32,000 nucleotides of DNA from Vibrio vulnificus CMCP6. Its GTDB lineage: Bacteria; Pseudomonadota; Gammaproteobacteria; Enterobacterales; Vibrionaceae. The stretch's first letter is position 1, and each line of letters opens with the position of its first letter. A model generated the notes under the pieces. That model had not been told where the DNA came from. It saw nothing but the letters and a program-made list of their open reading frames with translations, and did no database searches. Positions 10,069 to 20,251 of this stretch are shown one piece after another. The stretch spans positions 330,001 to 362,000 of the forward strand of contig NC_004459.3 of assembly GCF_000039765.1 (NCBI RefSeq), in the 5' to 3' direction. A program made the translations under genes and the position numbers.

Positions 10069-11214
10069 CTAGCTGGTCAAATCGTCAAAGAACTTCTTAA
10101 CACCATTAAAGAAGCCTTCTGATTTTGGTTTGTGCTTGGTGGCCGCTTCACCACAGCAAGACTCTTCAAACTCTTTCAGCAACTCTTTTTGACGTGAACT
10201 CAAGTTCACTGGCGTCTCGACCACAAGTTTCACAATCAAATCACCGATTGCGCCGCCGCGAACGCCTTTTACGCCTTTGCCACGCATACGGAACATGCGG
10301 CCCGTTTGGGTCTCTGATGGTACTTTCAAATTCACACGGCCATCGAGTGTCGGCACTTCCACTTCGCCACCCAGTGCCGCCATAGCAAAACTTACTGGCA
10401 CTTCACAGTAAAGGTTGTTGCCTTCACGTTCAAAGATGTGGTGCTCTCTTACGTGTACTTGTACATACAAATCTCCCGCTGGGGCGCCGCGCTCACCCGC
10501 TTCCCCTTCACCAGAGAGACGAATGCGATCGCCTGTGTCAACCCCTGCTGGAATCTTAACATTGAGCGTTTTGGTTTTCTGCTTGCGGCCTTGACCATGA
10601 CACACATTACATGGGTCTTTGATGATCTTGCCTTTGCCGTGACAGGTTGGACAGGTTTGCTGTACAGCGAAGAAACCTTGGCGCATCTGAACCTGACCAT
10701 GGCCATGACAGGTACCACAGGTTTCAGCTGAAGTGCCTTTCTTCGCCCCCGTGCCTTCACAAGTGTCACAATGAACCAATGTCGGAACTTCAATTTCCTT
10801 CGAGACGCCACGTACGGCTTCTTCTAGCGACAGTTCCATGTTGTAGCGCAGATCGGCACCACGCTGTGGACGAGCGTGACCACCACCACGGCGACCACCA
10901 CCAAAAATATCGCCAAAAACGTCGCCGAAGATGTCACCAAAGTCAGCACCACCGCCACCAAAACCACCGCCGAAGCCGCCACCGCCTTGTTCAAATGCAG
11001 CGTGGCCATATTGATCGTAAGCTGCTTTTTTCTGTGGATCGGTCAGAATTTCGTACGCTTCTTTTACTTCTTTAAACTTATCCGCAGCAGACTCGTCACC
11101 CTGATTGCGATCTGGGTGAAATTTCATAGCCAAGCGCTTATACGCCTTTTTGATGTCTCGCTCTGAGGCATCGCGGCTAACGCCTAATACTTCGTAAAAA
11201 TCACGTTTTGACAT
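10069..11214 (-). CDS. dnaJ: Chaperone protein DnaJ
   Basis: J-domain [39 protein letters not shown] region and four CxxCxGxG zinc repeats; start moved to MSKRDF. Confidence 0.98.
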   Translation of the reverse strand: MSKRDFYEVLGVSRDASERDIKKAYKRLAMKFHPDRNQGDESAADKFKEVKEAYEILTDPQKKAAYDQYGHAAFEQGGGGFGGGFGGGGADFGDIFGDVFGDIFGGGRRGGGHARPQRGADLRYNMELSLEEAVRGVSKEIEVPTLVHCDTCEGTGAKKGTSAETCGTCHGHGQVQMRQGFFAVQQTCPTCHGKGKIIKDPCNVCHGQGRKQKTKTLNVKIPAGVDTGDRIRLSGEGEAGERGAPAGDLYVQVHVREHHIFEREGNNLYCEVPVSFAMAALGGEVEVPTLDGRVNLKVPSETQTGRMFRMRGKGVKGVRGGAIGDLIVKLVVETPVNLSSRQKELLKEFEESCCGEAATKHKPKSEGFFNGVKKFFDDLTS

Positions 11215-11389
11215 ATTGTTCGTCACCAATTAATTACTGCAAACGGTTGATTCCGCTTGGTGTTTGTATCGATATAGATAAAGGTTCGACGTTTGAAAAC
11301 AATGAAGTCCTTTATCTATAAGTACACAGGTATTTACAAACTTACGGGCGTAAGAGTTACCCCAAACGCCCGCAAACAGGAAGTTCAAC

Positions 11390-11414
11390 ACCAGATGGCG
11401 TATTGCCATCTGGT
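11390..11414. repeat. dnaK-dnaJ intergenic hairpin ACCAGATGGC-GTATT-GCCATCTGGT
   Basis: Perfect 10-bp inverted repeat just after the dnaK stop, without a T-tract in the dnaK direction. Confidence 0.5.
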
Positions 11415-11423
11415 TAAACAAGA

Positions 11424-13334
11424 TTATTTCTTGTCGTCTTTCACTTCTTCAAACTCTGCATCAACAACATCGTCTTCTTGAGACTGAGCACCAGCTTCCG
11501 CTGAACCTTGTTGTGCTTGAGCTTGTTGCTGAGCGATTTCCATTAGCTTCTGAGCTGCAGCCATTAGCGCTTGGATTTTCGCTTCGATCGCTTCTTTGTC
11601 TTCGCCTTTACGAGCTTCTTCAAGTTCGCTGATTGCTGTTTCGATCTTCGCCTTCTCATCTGCTGGTAGCGCTTCGCCCGCTTCTTCTACTTGCTTGCGT
11701 GTACCGTGGATGATTTGGTCAGCTTGGTTACGTGCAGTTGCTAACTCTTCGAACTTTTTGTCCGCTTCTTTGTTTGCTTCTGCTTCTTGTACCATTTTCT
11801 CAATCTCAGCGTCGCTTAAACCGCCAGAAGCTTGGATAGTGATCTTCTGCTCTTTACCAGTCTGCTTATCTTTCGCAGATACGTGTAGGATACCATCCGC
11901 ATCAAGGTCGAAAGTGACTTCGATCTGTGGCATACCACGTGGTGCAGGGTTGATACCTTCAAGGTTGAACTGACCTAGCGACTTGTTGTACATCGCTTGT
12001 TTACGCTCACCTTGTAGCACGTGAATCGTTACCGCACTCTGGTTATCTTCTGCTGTCGAGAACACTTGGTTCGCTTTGGTTGGGATAGTAGTGTTCTTCT
12101 CAACCAACTTCGTCATTACACCACCCATAGTCTCGATACCTAGAGACAGCGGTGTTACGTCTAGTAGAAGAACGTCTTTAACATCACCTGCTAGTACACC
12201 ACCTTGAACAGCCGCACCTACCGCTACTGCTTCGTCTGGGTTTACATCACGACGTGGTTCTTTACCAAAGAACTCTGTTACTTTCGCTTGAACCATAGGC
12301 ATACGAGTCTGACCACCCACTAGGATAACGTCAGTGATGTCACCTACTGAAAGATCTGCATCCGCAAGCGCAACTTTTAGCGGCTCTAGTGAACGTTGAA
12401 CTAGGTCTTCAACCAGTGATTCTAGCTTCGCACGTGTCACTTTGATGTTCATGTGCTTAGGACCCGTTGCATCTGCCGTGATGTATGGCAGGTTTACGTC
12501 AGTCTGGTTAGTAGAAGACAGTTCGATCTTCGCTTTTTCTGCCGCTTCTTTAACGCGCTGCATTGCTAGTGGATCGTTCTTCAGATCGATACCTTGATCT
12601 TTCTTGAATTCTGCTACTAGGTAGTTGATTAGACGGTTGTCAAAGTCTTCACCACCAAGGTGAGTGTCACCGTTGGTTGCTAGTACTTCAAAGGTTTTCT
12701 CGCCTTCAACTTCATCGATTTCGATGATAGAGATATCGAATGTACCGCCACCTAGGTCGTATACTGCGATAGTGCGATCACCACCTTGCTTGTCTAGGCC
12801 GTATGCTAACGCTGCCGCAGTTGGTTCGTTGATAATACGCTTAACTTCTAGACCCGCGATACGACCAGCGTCCTTTGTTGCTTGACGCTGAGCATCGTTA
12901 AAGTATGCAGGAACGGTAATTACTGCACCTGTTACTTCTTCACCTAGGAAGTCTTCTGCTGTTTTCTTCATTTTCTTAAGAACTTCAGCAGAAACCTGAG
13001 GAGCTGCCATTTTTTGGCCTTTCGCTTCAACCCAAGCATCACCGTTATCTGCCTTCACAATTTTGTATGGCATGATTTCGATGTCGCGCTGAACTTCTTC
13101 ATCTTCAAAACGACGACCAATCAAACGCTTGATTGCAAATAGCGTGTTTTCTGGGTTTGTTACCGCTTGACGTTTTGCAGGTTGACCAACAAGAGTCTCA
13201 CCATCGGTATAAGCGATAACTGAAGGAGTTGTGCGCTCACCCTCCGCATTTTCGATTACACGTGGTTTGTCGCCGTCTAGTACAGCAACACAAGAGTTAG
13301 TAGTACCTAAGTCAATACCAATGATTTTACCCAT
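11424..13334 (-). CDS. dnaK: Molecular chaperone DnaK (Hsp70)
   Basis: [21 protein letters not shown]..., [17 protein letters not shown]-terminal [10 protein letters not shown]. Confidence 0.99.
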
Positions 13335-13378
13335 CTGGCTATCTCCAAATAAATTCTATTTTCTTTTGCTTTATCCCC

Positions 13379-13408
13379 TATATGGGGATCGACAATGGGG
13401 ATTCAACC
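13379..13408 (-). promoter_or_regulatory. Sigma32-type promoter proximal to dnaK (minus strand: GGTTGAA-N14-CCCCATATA)
   Basis: Reverse complement reads GGTTGAATCCCCATTGTCGATCCCCATATA, close to the sigma32 consensus CTTGAA-N13/14-CCCCATnT, at the right place for dnaK. Confidence 0.65.
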
Positions 13409-13456
13409 CTTACTCACAAAACCAAAATAAGTTGTGTGTTTCACTTATGCCTCATA

Positions 13457-13486
13457 AATAGGGGCGTCAAAAACCTTTTCAAGGGG
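13457..13486 (-). promoter_or_regulatory. Sigma32-type promoter distal to dnaK (minus strand: CCCCTTGAAAAGGTTTTTGACGCCCCTATTT)
   Basis: Near-exact heat-shock consensus (CCCCTTGAA-N13-CCCCTATTT). Confidence 0.8.
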
Positions 13487-13574
13487 CAACAAGAAAAAAA
13501 GTGATATTTTTTTATTGGATTCGAGTCATCAGATGGCGGAGCCAATATCCGCTCCGCACAATTGAAAGGATAAT

Positions 13575-14360
13575 TTAAGACGAGAGAGGACGAGAATCTG
13601 CGCGTTGAGAATATAAACTCGCTAGCTTAACCATCACGCCAACGGCGCCGACACCTGCCATGGTCAGCACAATACTGGGCCCGACCGGATAATCTCCCCA
13701 CAATGACATCAAAAAGCCCGTGCTCCCACCGACAATACCAAGGCTTATCGCCGCCCACCAATAGAGCGAAGTTCGAAAGAGCAAGGCAAACAGAGCGGGC
13801 AAAATGAGTGCGGCAAATTCAAGATAAACCCCTAGGTTGATCACCAAAGGCGGAACCGCCAAAGCAAACAGCAGATAGAATTTTGCCCCCTCCAACCAAT
13901 GAGAACGCAACCATTGCACCCAAAGCAAACTGAGCGTCACCATCAAAACCAACCCAACATCAGTGATGTCTGTCCATAGCAAGCGGCCACCCAGCAGCGA
14001 ATCAATCAACTCTTTACCATGTGCCTGAACGCTCACCACATTGATGGAAACGCACGCAGCAATGACATACAGCAGACCAATCATGGCTTCCAAATGCGGC
14101 GTCGCTCGATGCTCTAAATAGCTGAGTAACCCAGCCACTGGTAAAGTCAATAAATACGAAGCCAGTACTTTACTCAGCAAACTGGCTTCAAACCCCGCAT
14201 AGAGCTCTACGATGATCATCGCCAGTGCCGAGATTTGTGCCATGGCCAAATCAATAAAGACCACTCCACGGCGTAACACTTGCCTTCCTAAAATGATGTT
14301 ACTCACCAAAGCCAGTAACCCAATGGCCACTGGTGTCATTAGCCAGATGTGATCACTCAT
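13575..14360 (-). CDS. Metal (zinc/manganese-type) ABC transporter permease, AztB/ZnuB-like
   Basis: ABC-3 family permease: FIDLAMAQISALAMIIVELYAG, LIDSLLGGRLLWTDITDVG; adjacent to a zinc-type SBP gene. Confidence 0.85.
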   Translation of the reverse strand: MSDHIWLMTPVAIGLLALVSNIILGRQVLRRGVVFIDLAMAQISALAMIIVELYAGFEASLLSKVLASYLLTLPVAGLLSYLEHRATPHLEAMIGLLYVIAACVSINVVSVQAHGKELIDSLLGGRLLWTDITDVGLVLMVTLSLLWVQWLRSHWLEGAKFYLLFALAVPPLVINLGVYLEFAALILPALFALLFRTSLYWWAAISLGIVGGSTGFLMSLWGDYPVGPSIVLTMAGVGAVGVMVKLASLYSQRADSRPLSS

Positions 14361-15268
14361 GGCGCACTTCTCAACTGAAGCAGTTGCGCAATACTGTCAT
14401 CAATCAGCGCGATCAGATCACTGGCCTGCTCTCTTCCTCCAACACTTTGAGCCAACTGCACAATCGGCAACTGGCTTCGCTGGGCCAGCCAGTTGGCCGC
14501 ATCCACAGGTTGATGGCTGGAGTAGACGATACCACTCACCTGACTCAAATCGAGCTGATTCAACTTTTGCAGATGCGCCATCGTCGGTGGCAGTCCGGGC
14601 TTTGGTTCAAGATCTGCTACTTGTTCTATTCCCAACCAAGCATAAAGGTAGCGATAGGTCTGGTGGTAACCCACCACTTGCATATCTCGTAATGATCTTG
14701 CTTGCTCACGCCAAACGGACAAACGTTTTTGCCACGCATGACGAAACTTTACCCCCATCCCTTTATATAGGGACTGATTGTCTGGATCGATAAGCGCAAG
14801 CCTATCCGCTAACGCGCGAGACACCGCTGGCATATCGGCCAGTGCAAATTGGACGTGAGGATTACCGTGTGCGTGCACATCGCCCATAGCACGATCAAGC
14901 TGCTCATGTTTATCCAACATTTGCACATAGTCACTGACCCAAAACAGCCCCGTTTGCCCGTTTTGTACTTTCGGGTTGCGGCTTTGTCTTTGCAGTTCAG
15001 GTAGCCAACCGATCTCCAGCTCAGCGCCAGAACAGACCACCAGATCTGCACGGCGCATTTGTGCAATCAGTGATGGCCTAGCTTGAACATAGTGCGGATC
15101 TTGCATCGCCGTGGTTGCAGAGTAAATCCGGGCATCAGGCGCGTGCTGGCGGACCAAATCTGCCCAATCCGGCTGGCAGACAAAGACATTTAGCCCTGCG
15201 ATGCTCGGCATGCTCAAAAGTAACAGCGACAAACAAACACTAAAACGCATGAGCATGGTGCGCTCCAA
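14357..15268 (-). CDS. Zinc-type ABC transporter substrate-binding protein, AztC/ZnuA-like
   Basis: Signal peptide; LNVFVCQPDWADLVRQHAPDARIYSATTAMQDPHYVQARPSLIAQMRRADLVVCSGAELEIGWLPEL; GNPHVQF; cluster A-I SBP architecture with no long His-rich loop. Confidence 0.83.
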   Translation of the reverse strand: MERTMLMRFSVCLSLLLLSMPSIAGLNVFVCQPDWADLVRQHAPDARIYSATTAMQDPHYVQARPSLIAQMRRADLVVCSGAELEIGWLPELQRQSRNPKVQNGQTGLFWVSDYVQMLDKHEQLDRAMGDVHAHGNPHVQFALADMPAVSRALADRLALIDPDNQSLYKGMGVKFRHAWQKRLSVWREQARSLRDMQVVGYHQTYRYLYAWLGIEQVADLEPKPGLPPTMAHLQKLNQLDLSQVSGIVYSSHQPVDAANWLAQRSQLPIVQLAQSVGGREQASDLIALIDDSIAQLLQLRSAP

Positions 15269-16418
15269 ATGACATCACGTATTGCAGGCTAAATAAGGTC
15301 TCATCACCATCAACGTTTTCTTCATAGGTCACCTGACCACGAATGCGACCAAAATGGGAAGCATGCCAATCCAGCGCGACATCCCACTCTTTCAGATCGC
15401 CACGAGAAAACTCACCATGCAAGTGATCACCATGAGCATGCACTTCTCCTTCCACAGTCCGCACTTCCCCATAACGTGTACTCATGGTCCAACTCGGATG
15501 GAATTGATAAGCCAGCTCCGCATACCAACCTTGTGCAGATTGCTCCGCTCCAGGCACACTCGCCATTGGCGGATCAAATCGATTGTCTAAATACCAAAAT
15601 TCACTGCTGGCTCTCAGATTGGTTTGACGATAGTTACCTTCCGGTGCCCATTTCCAAGTGAAATCCGTACCGTATAAATGACGCCCGGTTATCACGGGCC
15701 CATGCGAATGGCTCGCGTGATCATGATGATGGTCATGCGCACTGTGATCCGATGACTCTGAATGAACAAACTGACGACCATTGGCATTGTAAAGCGCGCT
15801 CACTCCCCAACGCCAACTGTGCTCCACACCTAAGTCTGCGCCAATTTGCACGTTCGCGGTATACACACCAACATTCACCGGATCGCTATACCCTGCATCC
15901 AAAGGTTTTCCACTTAATGCTTCGATGCTCGTCTGCAGATAAAAATCGGTCGGCGCTAACCAACTCATTTGAACGCCATCATCGAAATAGTGACCACCAA
16001 GAAATGCGCGATAAACAGCTGGGCGTTCGATAAATGCATCTTCATGCATGTGTTTATTGTTTAGGTAACCAATGTGAGAGAGTAATCTCCCCGCTTTCAG
16101 TTTGAATCCCAGCGGTAAACTGAGCGTTTCTATCCAAGCCTCTTCGAGCTCAAGCTCAGTTTCTCCCCCATGGCTCGCCAGTACCGTAACGAGCTGACCT
16201 TTGAAGTGATGATCAATGTTACTGCTTAGTACAAGCTCAGAATGACCAAGCGAAAATCCCTTGTCACGGCTTCCCCAATGGCGAGATTCATTTTGATAAC
16301 TGCCATCCAGAACGACGCCAATATCAATATTTGCGTTTACCGCTGAACTACTGATGAGCATGGCACCACACAAAAACAACCTACTCTTCTTTACTGCTGG
16401 GACTCTCACGACATCCAT
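15240..16418 (-). CDS. Predicted outer-membrane beta-barrel protein with His-rich loop, zinc-locus associated
   Basis: Signal-peptide-like N-terminus, porin-like repeated aromatic strands, HSAHDHHHDHASHSHGP and EVHAHGDHLHGE segments; overlaps the SBP gene. Confidence 0.65.
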   Translation of the reverse strand: MDVVRVPAVKKSRLFLCGAMLISSSAVNANIDIGVVLDGSYQNESRHWGSRDKGFSLGHSELVLSSNIDHHFKGQLVTVLASHGGETELELEEAWIETLSLPLGFKLKAGRLLSHIGYLNNKHMHEDAFIERPAVYRAFLGGHYFDDGVQMSWLAPTDFYLQTSIEALSGKPLDAGYSDPVNVGVYTANVQIGADLGVEHSWRWGVSALYNANGRQFVHSESSDHSAHDHHHDHASHSHGPVITGRHLYGTDFTWKWAPEGNYRQTNLRASSEFWYLDNRFDPPMASVPGAEQSAQGWYAELAYQFHPSWTMSTRYGEVRTVEGEVHAHGDHLHGEFSRGDLKEWDVALDWHASHFGRIRGQVTYEENVDGDETLFSLQYVMSFGAHHAHAF

Positions 16419-16468
16419 CTCCGATTAATTAATGATAATACGTCTCAAAACTATTGAATGAGACAAAT

Positions 16469-16486
16469 GTTATGTTATAACATTTC
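16469..16486. promoter_or_regulatory. Zur-box-like palindrome GTTATGTTATAACATTTC
   Basis: Matches the gammaproteobacterial Zur operator pattern (approximately GNAATGTTATAACATTNC) with one clear deviation; sits in the divergent intergenic region of the zinc locus. Confidence 0.65.
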
Positions 16487-16557
16487 ATAAATCAATCTAA
16501 CCTACTAAGTTTATTCGCTAGGTTTATTCCATCGTTCAAATGAAAGGACATCGTTAA

Positions 16558-17843
16558 ATGCAACCCCTGTTGACCACCAAAGTTACATACACCGCACTCT
16601 CTCTGGCCGTCATGCTGACACTCAGTGGCTGTAGCGAAGGCGAGAACAAAGCAGACCATCACAATCATCAAGATTCAGACCACACGCCATCCTCCATGAG
16701 CCGTTTGGTCGTCACAGAACAAGGCAGCACTAACCTCTACGTTCTTGAAGGCAAAAATTGGGCACCATTGGAACAATTCAATTTACAAAATACGCCATCT
16801 GGCCTGAAAACCAGCCCAGGTGGGCGCTACGCGTTGGCCCTGCAGCGCACTCAAAACCTCGTGGAAGTTCTCGATTCTGGTATTGAAGCAGAAGCGCATG
16901 GCGATCATTTCCATTTACACGTAGAGCGTCCGCAATTACTCACGACCCAGTATCAGGGCATCAAACCAACGCATTACGATCTTAGTGACGACGCTGCGGC
17001 GCTCTTTTTTGATGGCGACAGCAACAGCGGAGAAAACGCAGAGTTTCGAGTATTAAATGATGCCAGCATCGCCAATGGCACTGCCCTAGCTCATTACACC
17101 TTTGGGTATGCCGTGCACGGCACCGCGCAACTGTTTGGGGAACATGCGTTTACCGGTATGTCGACAATCGGCCAATCCCGCCGCTTTGCCAAAAGTCGTG
17201 GCTCTTGAACGACAACGGTGACCATTTTCACGAATTGAGCACCTCAACCGATGCGTGCCCCGCTCTTCACGGCAGTGCACAATCCAAAACACAAGTGGCT
17301 TTTGCGTGTAGTGATGGCGTGATCGTTGTTGATACACCCAATGCCACCCCGCAATTCACTAAACTCGCCAATCCGGCAGGTTTAGACACAGGATCTCGAT
17401 TTGGCACTGTGGTGGGTTTTGATGCTGCGGATAAACTGTTGTTTCTCACTCGTCAGGCTCAAGCCTTTTATCTCGCCCAAGGGGAGCTGAAAGAGGTCAA
17501 TTGGAAATCTTCTCCGGAGGAAGGCGCACTAGCTCATTATGCCGCTAACGACGCCTTGGTTGTGGTGAGCTCCAACGGCACATTGAAAGTGTTTAATGCC
17601 GCGGCGAATTTCATTCAAAGCCACAATATAACTTTATGGGAAACGCCACCAGCGTTGGCGGAAGGACAAAAAATTCAGTTAACGGGAGACAAACGTACAG
17701 GTCATCTTATTGTGAGCGATCCTGCCAATAACCAACTGCTAGAAATCGACCTTGTCAAAGAAGAGGTCCGTCAACATCCGCTTGGTTTTGTTCCTCACTT
17801 ACTCACTTGGGTAGGGACCGTAGAACAAGAACACCAGCATTGA
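16558..17843 (+). pseudogene. AztD-like periplasmic zinc metallochaperone (beta-propeller lipoprotein), reading frame interrupted by apparent indels near 17161-17210
   Basis: N-terminal lipobox LTLSGCSEG, GDHFHLHVERPQL and DNGDHFHE motifs. Homology-like sequence continues across ORFs 16558-17208 and 17205-17843 only if the frame changes. Confidence 0.65.
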
Positions 17844-17900
17844 TGCTTGACGCTTGATGTACTCAATGAGCAAAAGAGGGGGCATCATTTCAAAGTACAA

Positions 17901-17929
17901 AAAAGCGAAGCCGCTAGGCTTCGCTTTTG
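17901..17929. terminator. Terminator hairpin AGCGAAGCC-GCTA-GGCTTCGCT with A/T tracts
   Basis: Perfect stem between convergent genes, followed by TTTT. Confidence 0.85.
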
Positions 17930-17948
17930 TTTCGCAGAAAAAGTGTGC

Positions 17949-19229
17949 TTACGCATTCGCTGTGGTTGAAGGCGCTGTTTGCGCTTCGTCCGCTTCCACA
18001 CCAATTTCCCCTTCAGATTTCGCAACGATGGTATTCACCGCGGTATCGCCTACTACGTTAGACGAAGTACAGAACATATCGTTGATACGGTCTACCGCGG
18101 CAATAATAGCAAGGCCTTCAGGTGGTAAACCAAGTTGATGAAGCAGTACACCCACCATCACTACGCCACCGCCAGGTACGCCACCAGCACCAATCGAAAG
18201 CAGAAGAATCGTCAAGCCCAGTGTGAAGATGTCTGCCGTGTTAATTGGCTGGCCAAATGCGTTTGCCACAAACATGGTCGCCAACGCAATGTAAATAGAC
18301 ACGCCTGACATGTTCATGGTCGCGCCCAGTGGCACACCAAAACCAGCCACAGACTTAGATACATTAAGCTTCTCAGTCAGGGTTCTCATGGTCACAGGAA
18401 TGGTTGCATTCGAACTCGCGGTCGATAACGAGAACAAGATCTGCTCGCGAGTCGCACGCAAAAATGCCTTGGGTGTGATCCCAGTAGTAATGCCCACCAC
18501 CATTGGGTAGAAGAAGAAGATCCAAAACACCAGCATGGCCACAACCAACGCGACATAGCCTGCAACCGACATCAGCGTGTTGGCATCCAAAGTCGCTCCA
18601 AGTTGAATCATCAGAGCAAACACACCGTAAGGCGCAAGGCTCATCACAAGGCCAACCAGTTTCATCATGATCTCATTGGCCATTTTGAAAGTACGGATAG
18701 CAGGGCCACCACGAGAATCCAGCGCTTGGATTGCCAAACCGGTCAAAATCGCCATAAAGATGATTTGCAGCATGTCACCATTGGCGAAAGCTTGCACTGG
18801 GTTGCTTGGCACAATGTTCACTACCAACGAAAAGATATCCGGTGTTTCCGTTGTGGTCAGTTTTACCGTTTCTGAAATGGTACCCGCAAGATGTGCATCC
18901 GCCCCTGGTTGGAAGATAAGACCAACTGTCAGCGCTGCCGCAATCGCAATAATGGTATTGATAATGTAAAGCGCAAAAGTTTTACCACCAAGGCGACCAA
19001 ACGCAGTAATGTCTTTTAGGTCAACAATGCCACACACAATCGAAACATAAACAAGTGGCACAACCAGCAGCTTGATTAGCGATACAAACATACCACCAGC
19101 GCCCTCTGCGGCACCCAGCAAATAAGTATCAAAGATAGTAACGCCACTAAAGAGATACTGAATAGCAGTACCGATAAGTAGACCAGCAAACAAGCCTACA
19201 AAAATCTTACTTGAAAGTGATTTATCCAT
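17949..19229 (-). CDS. Dicarboxylate/amino acid:cation symporter (DAACS/GltP-SstT superfamily)
   Basis: STASSNATIPVTMRTL, GVPLGATMNMSGVSIYIALATMFVANAFG, GAGGVPGGGVVMVGVLLHQLGLP. Confidence 0.92.
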   Translation of the reverse strand: MDKSLSSKIFVGLFAGLLIGTAIQYLFSGVTIFDTYLLGAAEGAGGMFVSLIKLLVVPLVYVSIVCGIVDLKDITAFGRLGGKTFALYIINTIIAIAAALTVGLIFQPGADAHLAGTISETVKLTTTETPDIFSLVVNIVPSNPVQAFANGDMLQIIFMAILTGLAIQALDSRGGPAIRTFKMANEIMMKLVGLVMSLAPYGVFALMIQLGATLDANTLMSVAGYVALVVAMLVFWIFFFYPMVVGITTGITPKAFLRATREQILFSLSTASSNATIPVTMRTLTEKLNVSKSVAGFGVPLGATMNMSGVSIYIALATMFVANAFGQPINTADIFTLGLTILLLSIGAGGVPGGGVVMVGVLLHQLGLPPEGLAIIAAVDRINDMFCTSSNVVGDTAVNTIVAKSEGEIGVEADEAQTAPSTTANA

Positions 19230-19462
19230 CCTTCACTCCAGAATGTTGTGTTTTTAATTTATGGTTTTGTAGTTAAAACCGCCTATATTTCAGACGGAGT
19301 TCGCACATAATACACACTTGAGTTACAAAATGAAGTATTTGTTTACAATAATGATACAAATTTCCAATCAGAAATTAATTTTCAGTTAAAGGAAAAGCAA
19401 AGAATAATCGACTAAATCAAAGGGTTGGTTTACTAGGTGCGGGGGCTTAGGAGACATAAAAA

Positions 19463-19482
19463 AGAGCGGCAAAAGCCGCTCT
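19463..19482. terminator. Hairpin AGAGCGGC-AAAA-GCCGCTCT
   Basis: Perfect 8-bp stem between the symporter promoter region and the grpE 3' end; A-tract on the plus side serves as T-tract for grpE. Confidence 0.7.
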
Positions 19483-19554
19483 GTGTGTTTGAATCGGTCT
19501 ATCAGTTCGCTTATTTCGCAACCATAACCATCGCAGGACGAATCACTCGACCAT

Positions 19555-20106
19555 TCAATTCATAGCCTTTTGCATCACGAACATCACGGTATTTGACTCG
19601 TGGTCTGGGCTTTCCTGAATCGACATCGCTTGATGCCATTCTGGGTTAAATGGTTGGCCTTCTGGATTGATTTCTTTCAAACCAAACTTACTGACCACAT
19701 CAACGAACGTTTTATGAGTCAATTCAACGCCTTCAAGCAGCGGTTTTACCGCTTCGCTTTCAGCGTCAGCCGCTTGAATCGCACGCTCTAGATTATCAAT
19801 CACTGGCAGCAGTTCTTCAGCAAAGCGATTCAACGCATATTTACGCGCTTTATCAATTTCTTGCTCAGTACGGCGACGCATGTTTTCCACTTCTGCTTTC
19901 GCACGTAGCACTGAATCTTGCTGCTCTTTCACACGCGCTTCGCTGGCTAATAAAGCGGCTTCCAGTTCAGCGATCTTCGCCGCTGATTCATCGGCCTCTT
20001 CGTTCCATTCGATATCAGCATCAGTGCCAACAGCTTCTACTTCTACTTCCGCAGCGTCTTGCTGTTTAAGCGCTTCTTCGTTGATTTTGTTTTCTTCGTT
20101 GCTCAT
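19555..20106 (-). CDS. grpE: Nucleotide exchange factor GrpE
   Basis: [34 protein letters not shown]...[10 protein letters not shown]; start reset to MSNEENK. Confidence 0.96.
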   Translation of the reverse strand: MSNEENKINEEALKQQDAAEVEVEAVGTDADIEWNEEADESAAKIAELEAALLASEARVKEQQDSVLRAKAEVENMRRRTEQEIDKARKYALNRFAEELLPVIDNLERAIQAADAESEAVKPLLEGVELTHKTFVDVVSKFGLKEINPEGQPFNPEWHQAMSIQESPDHESNTVMFVMQKAMN

Positions 20107-20202
20107 GATATCTCCAGAATTCAACTATTTGTCCTTAAAGCCCCTCACGTTTTATGGGCTTTATCTTCACAAAAATTCGCAAAGTTAGATAACTTGCCAT
20201 TA

Positions 20203-20232
20203 TTATGGGGATGATGAATCCCGATTCAAGCC
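20203..20232 (-). promoter_or_regulatory. Sigma32-type promoter of grpE (minus strand: GGCTTGAATCGGGATTCATCATCCCCATAATA)
   Basis: CTTGAA-N14-CCCCATAA upstream of grpE. Confidence 0.75.
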
Positions 20233-20251
20233 TCTTTAGTGCGGAAAAGCT

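Noticed and set aside
10125-11166. Overlapping ORFs opposite dnaJ (e.g. [16 protein letters not shown]...)
   Set aside because: Low-complexity products of the dnaJ Gly-rich region read in antisense frames.
11596-13461. Several 60-125 aa plus-strand ORFs opposite dnaK
   Set aside because: Antisense shadows of a strongly biased, highly conserved gene; no independent ribosome-binding or domain evidence.
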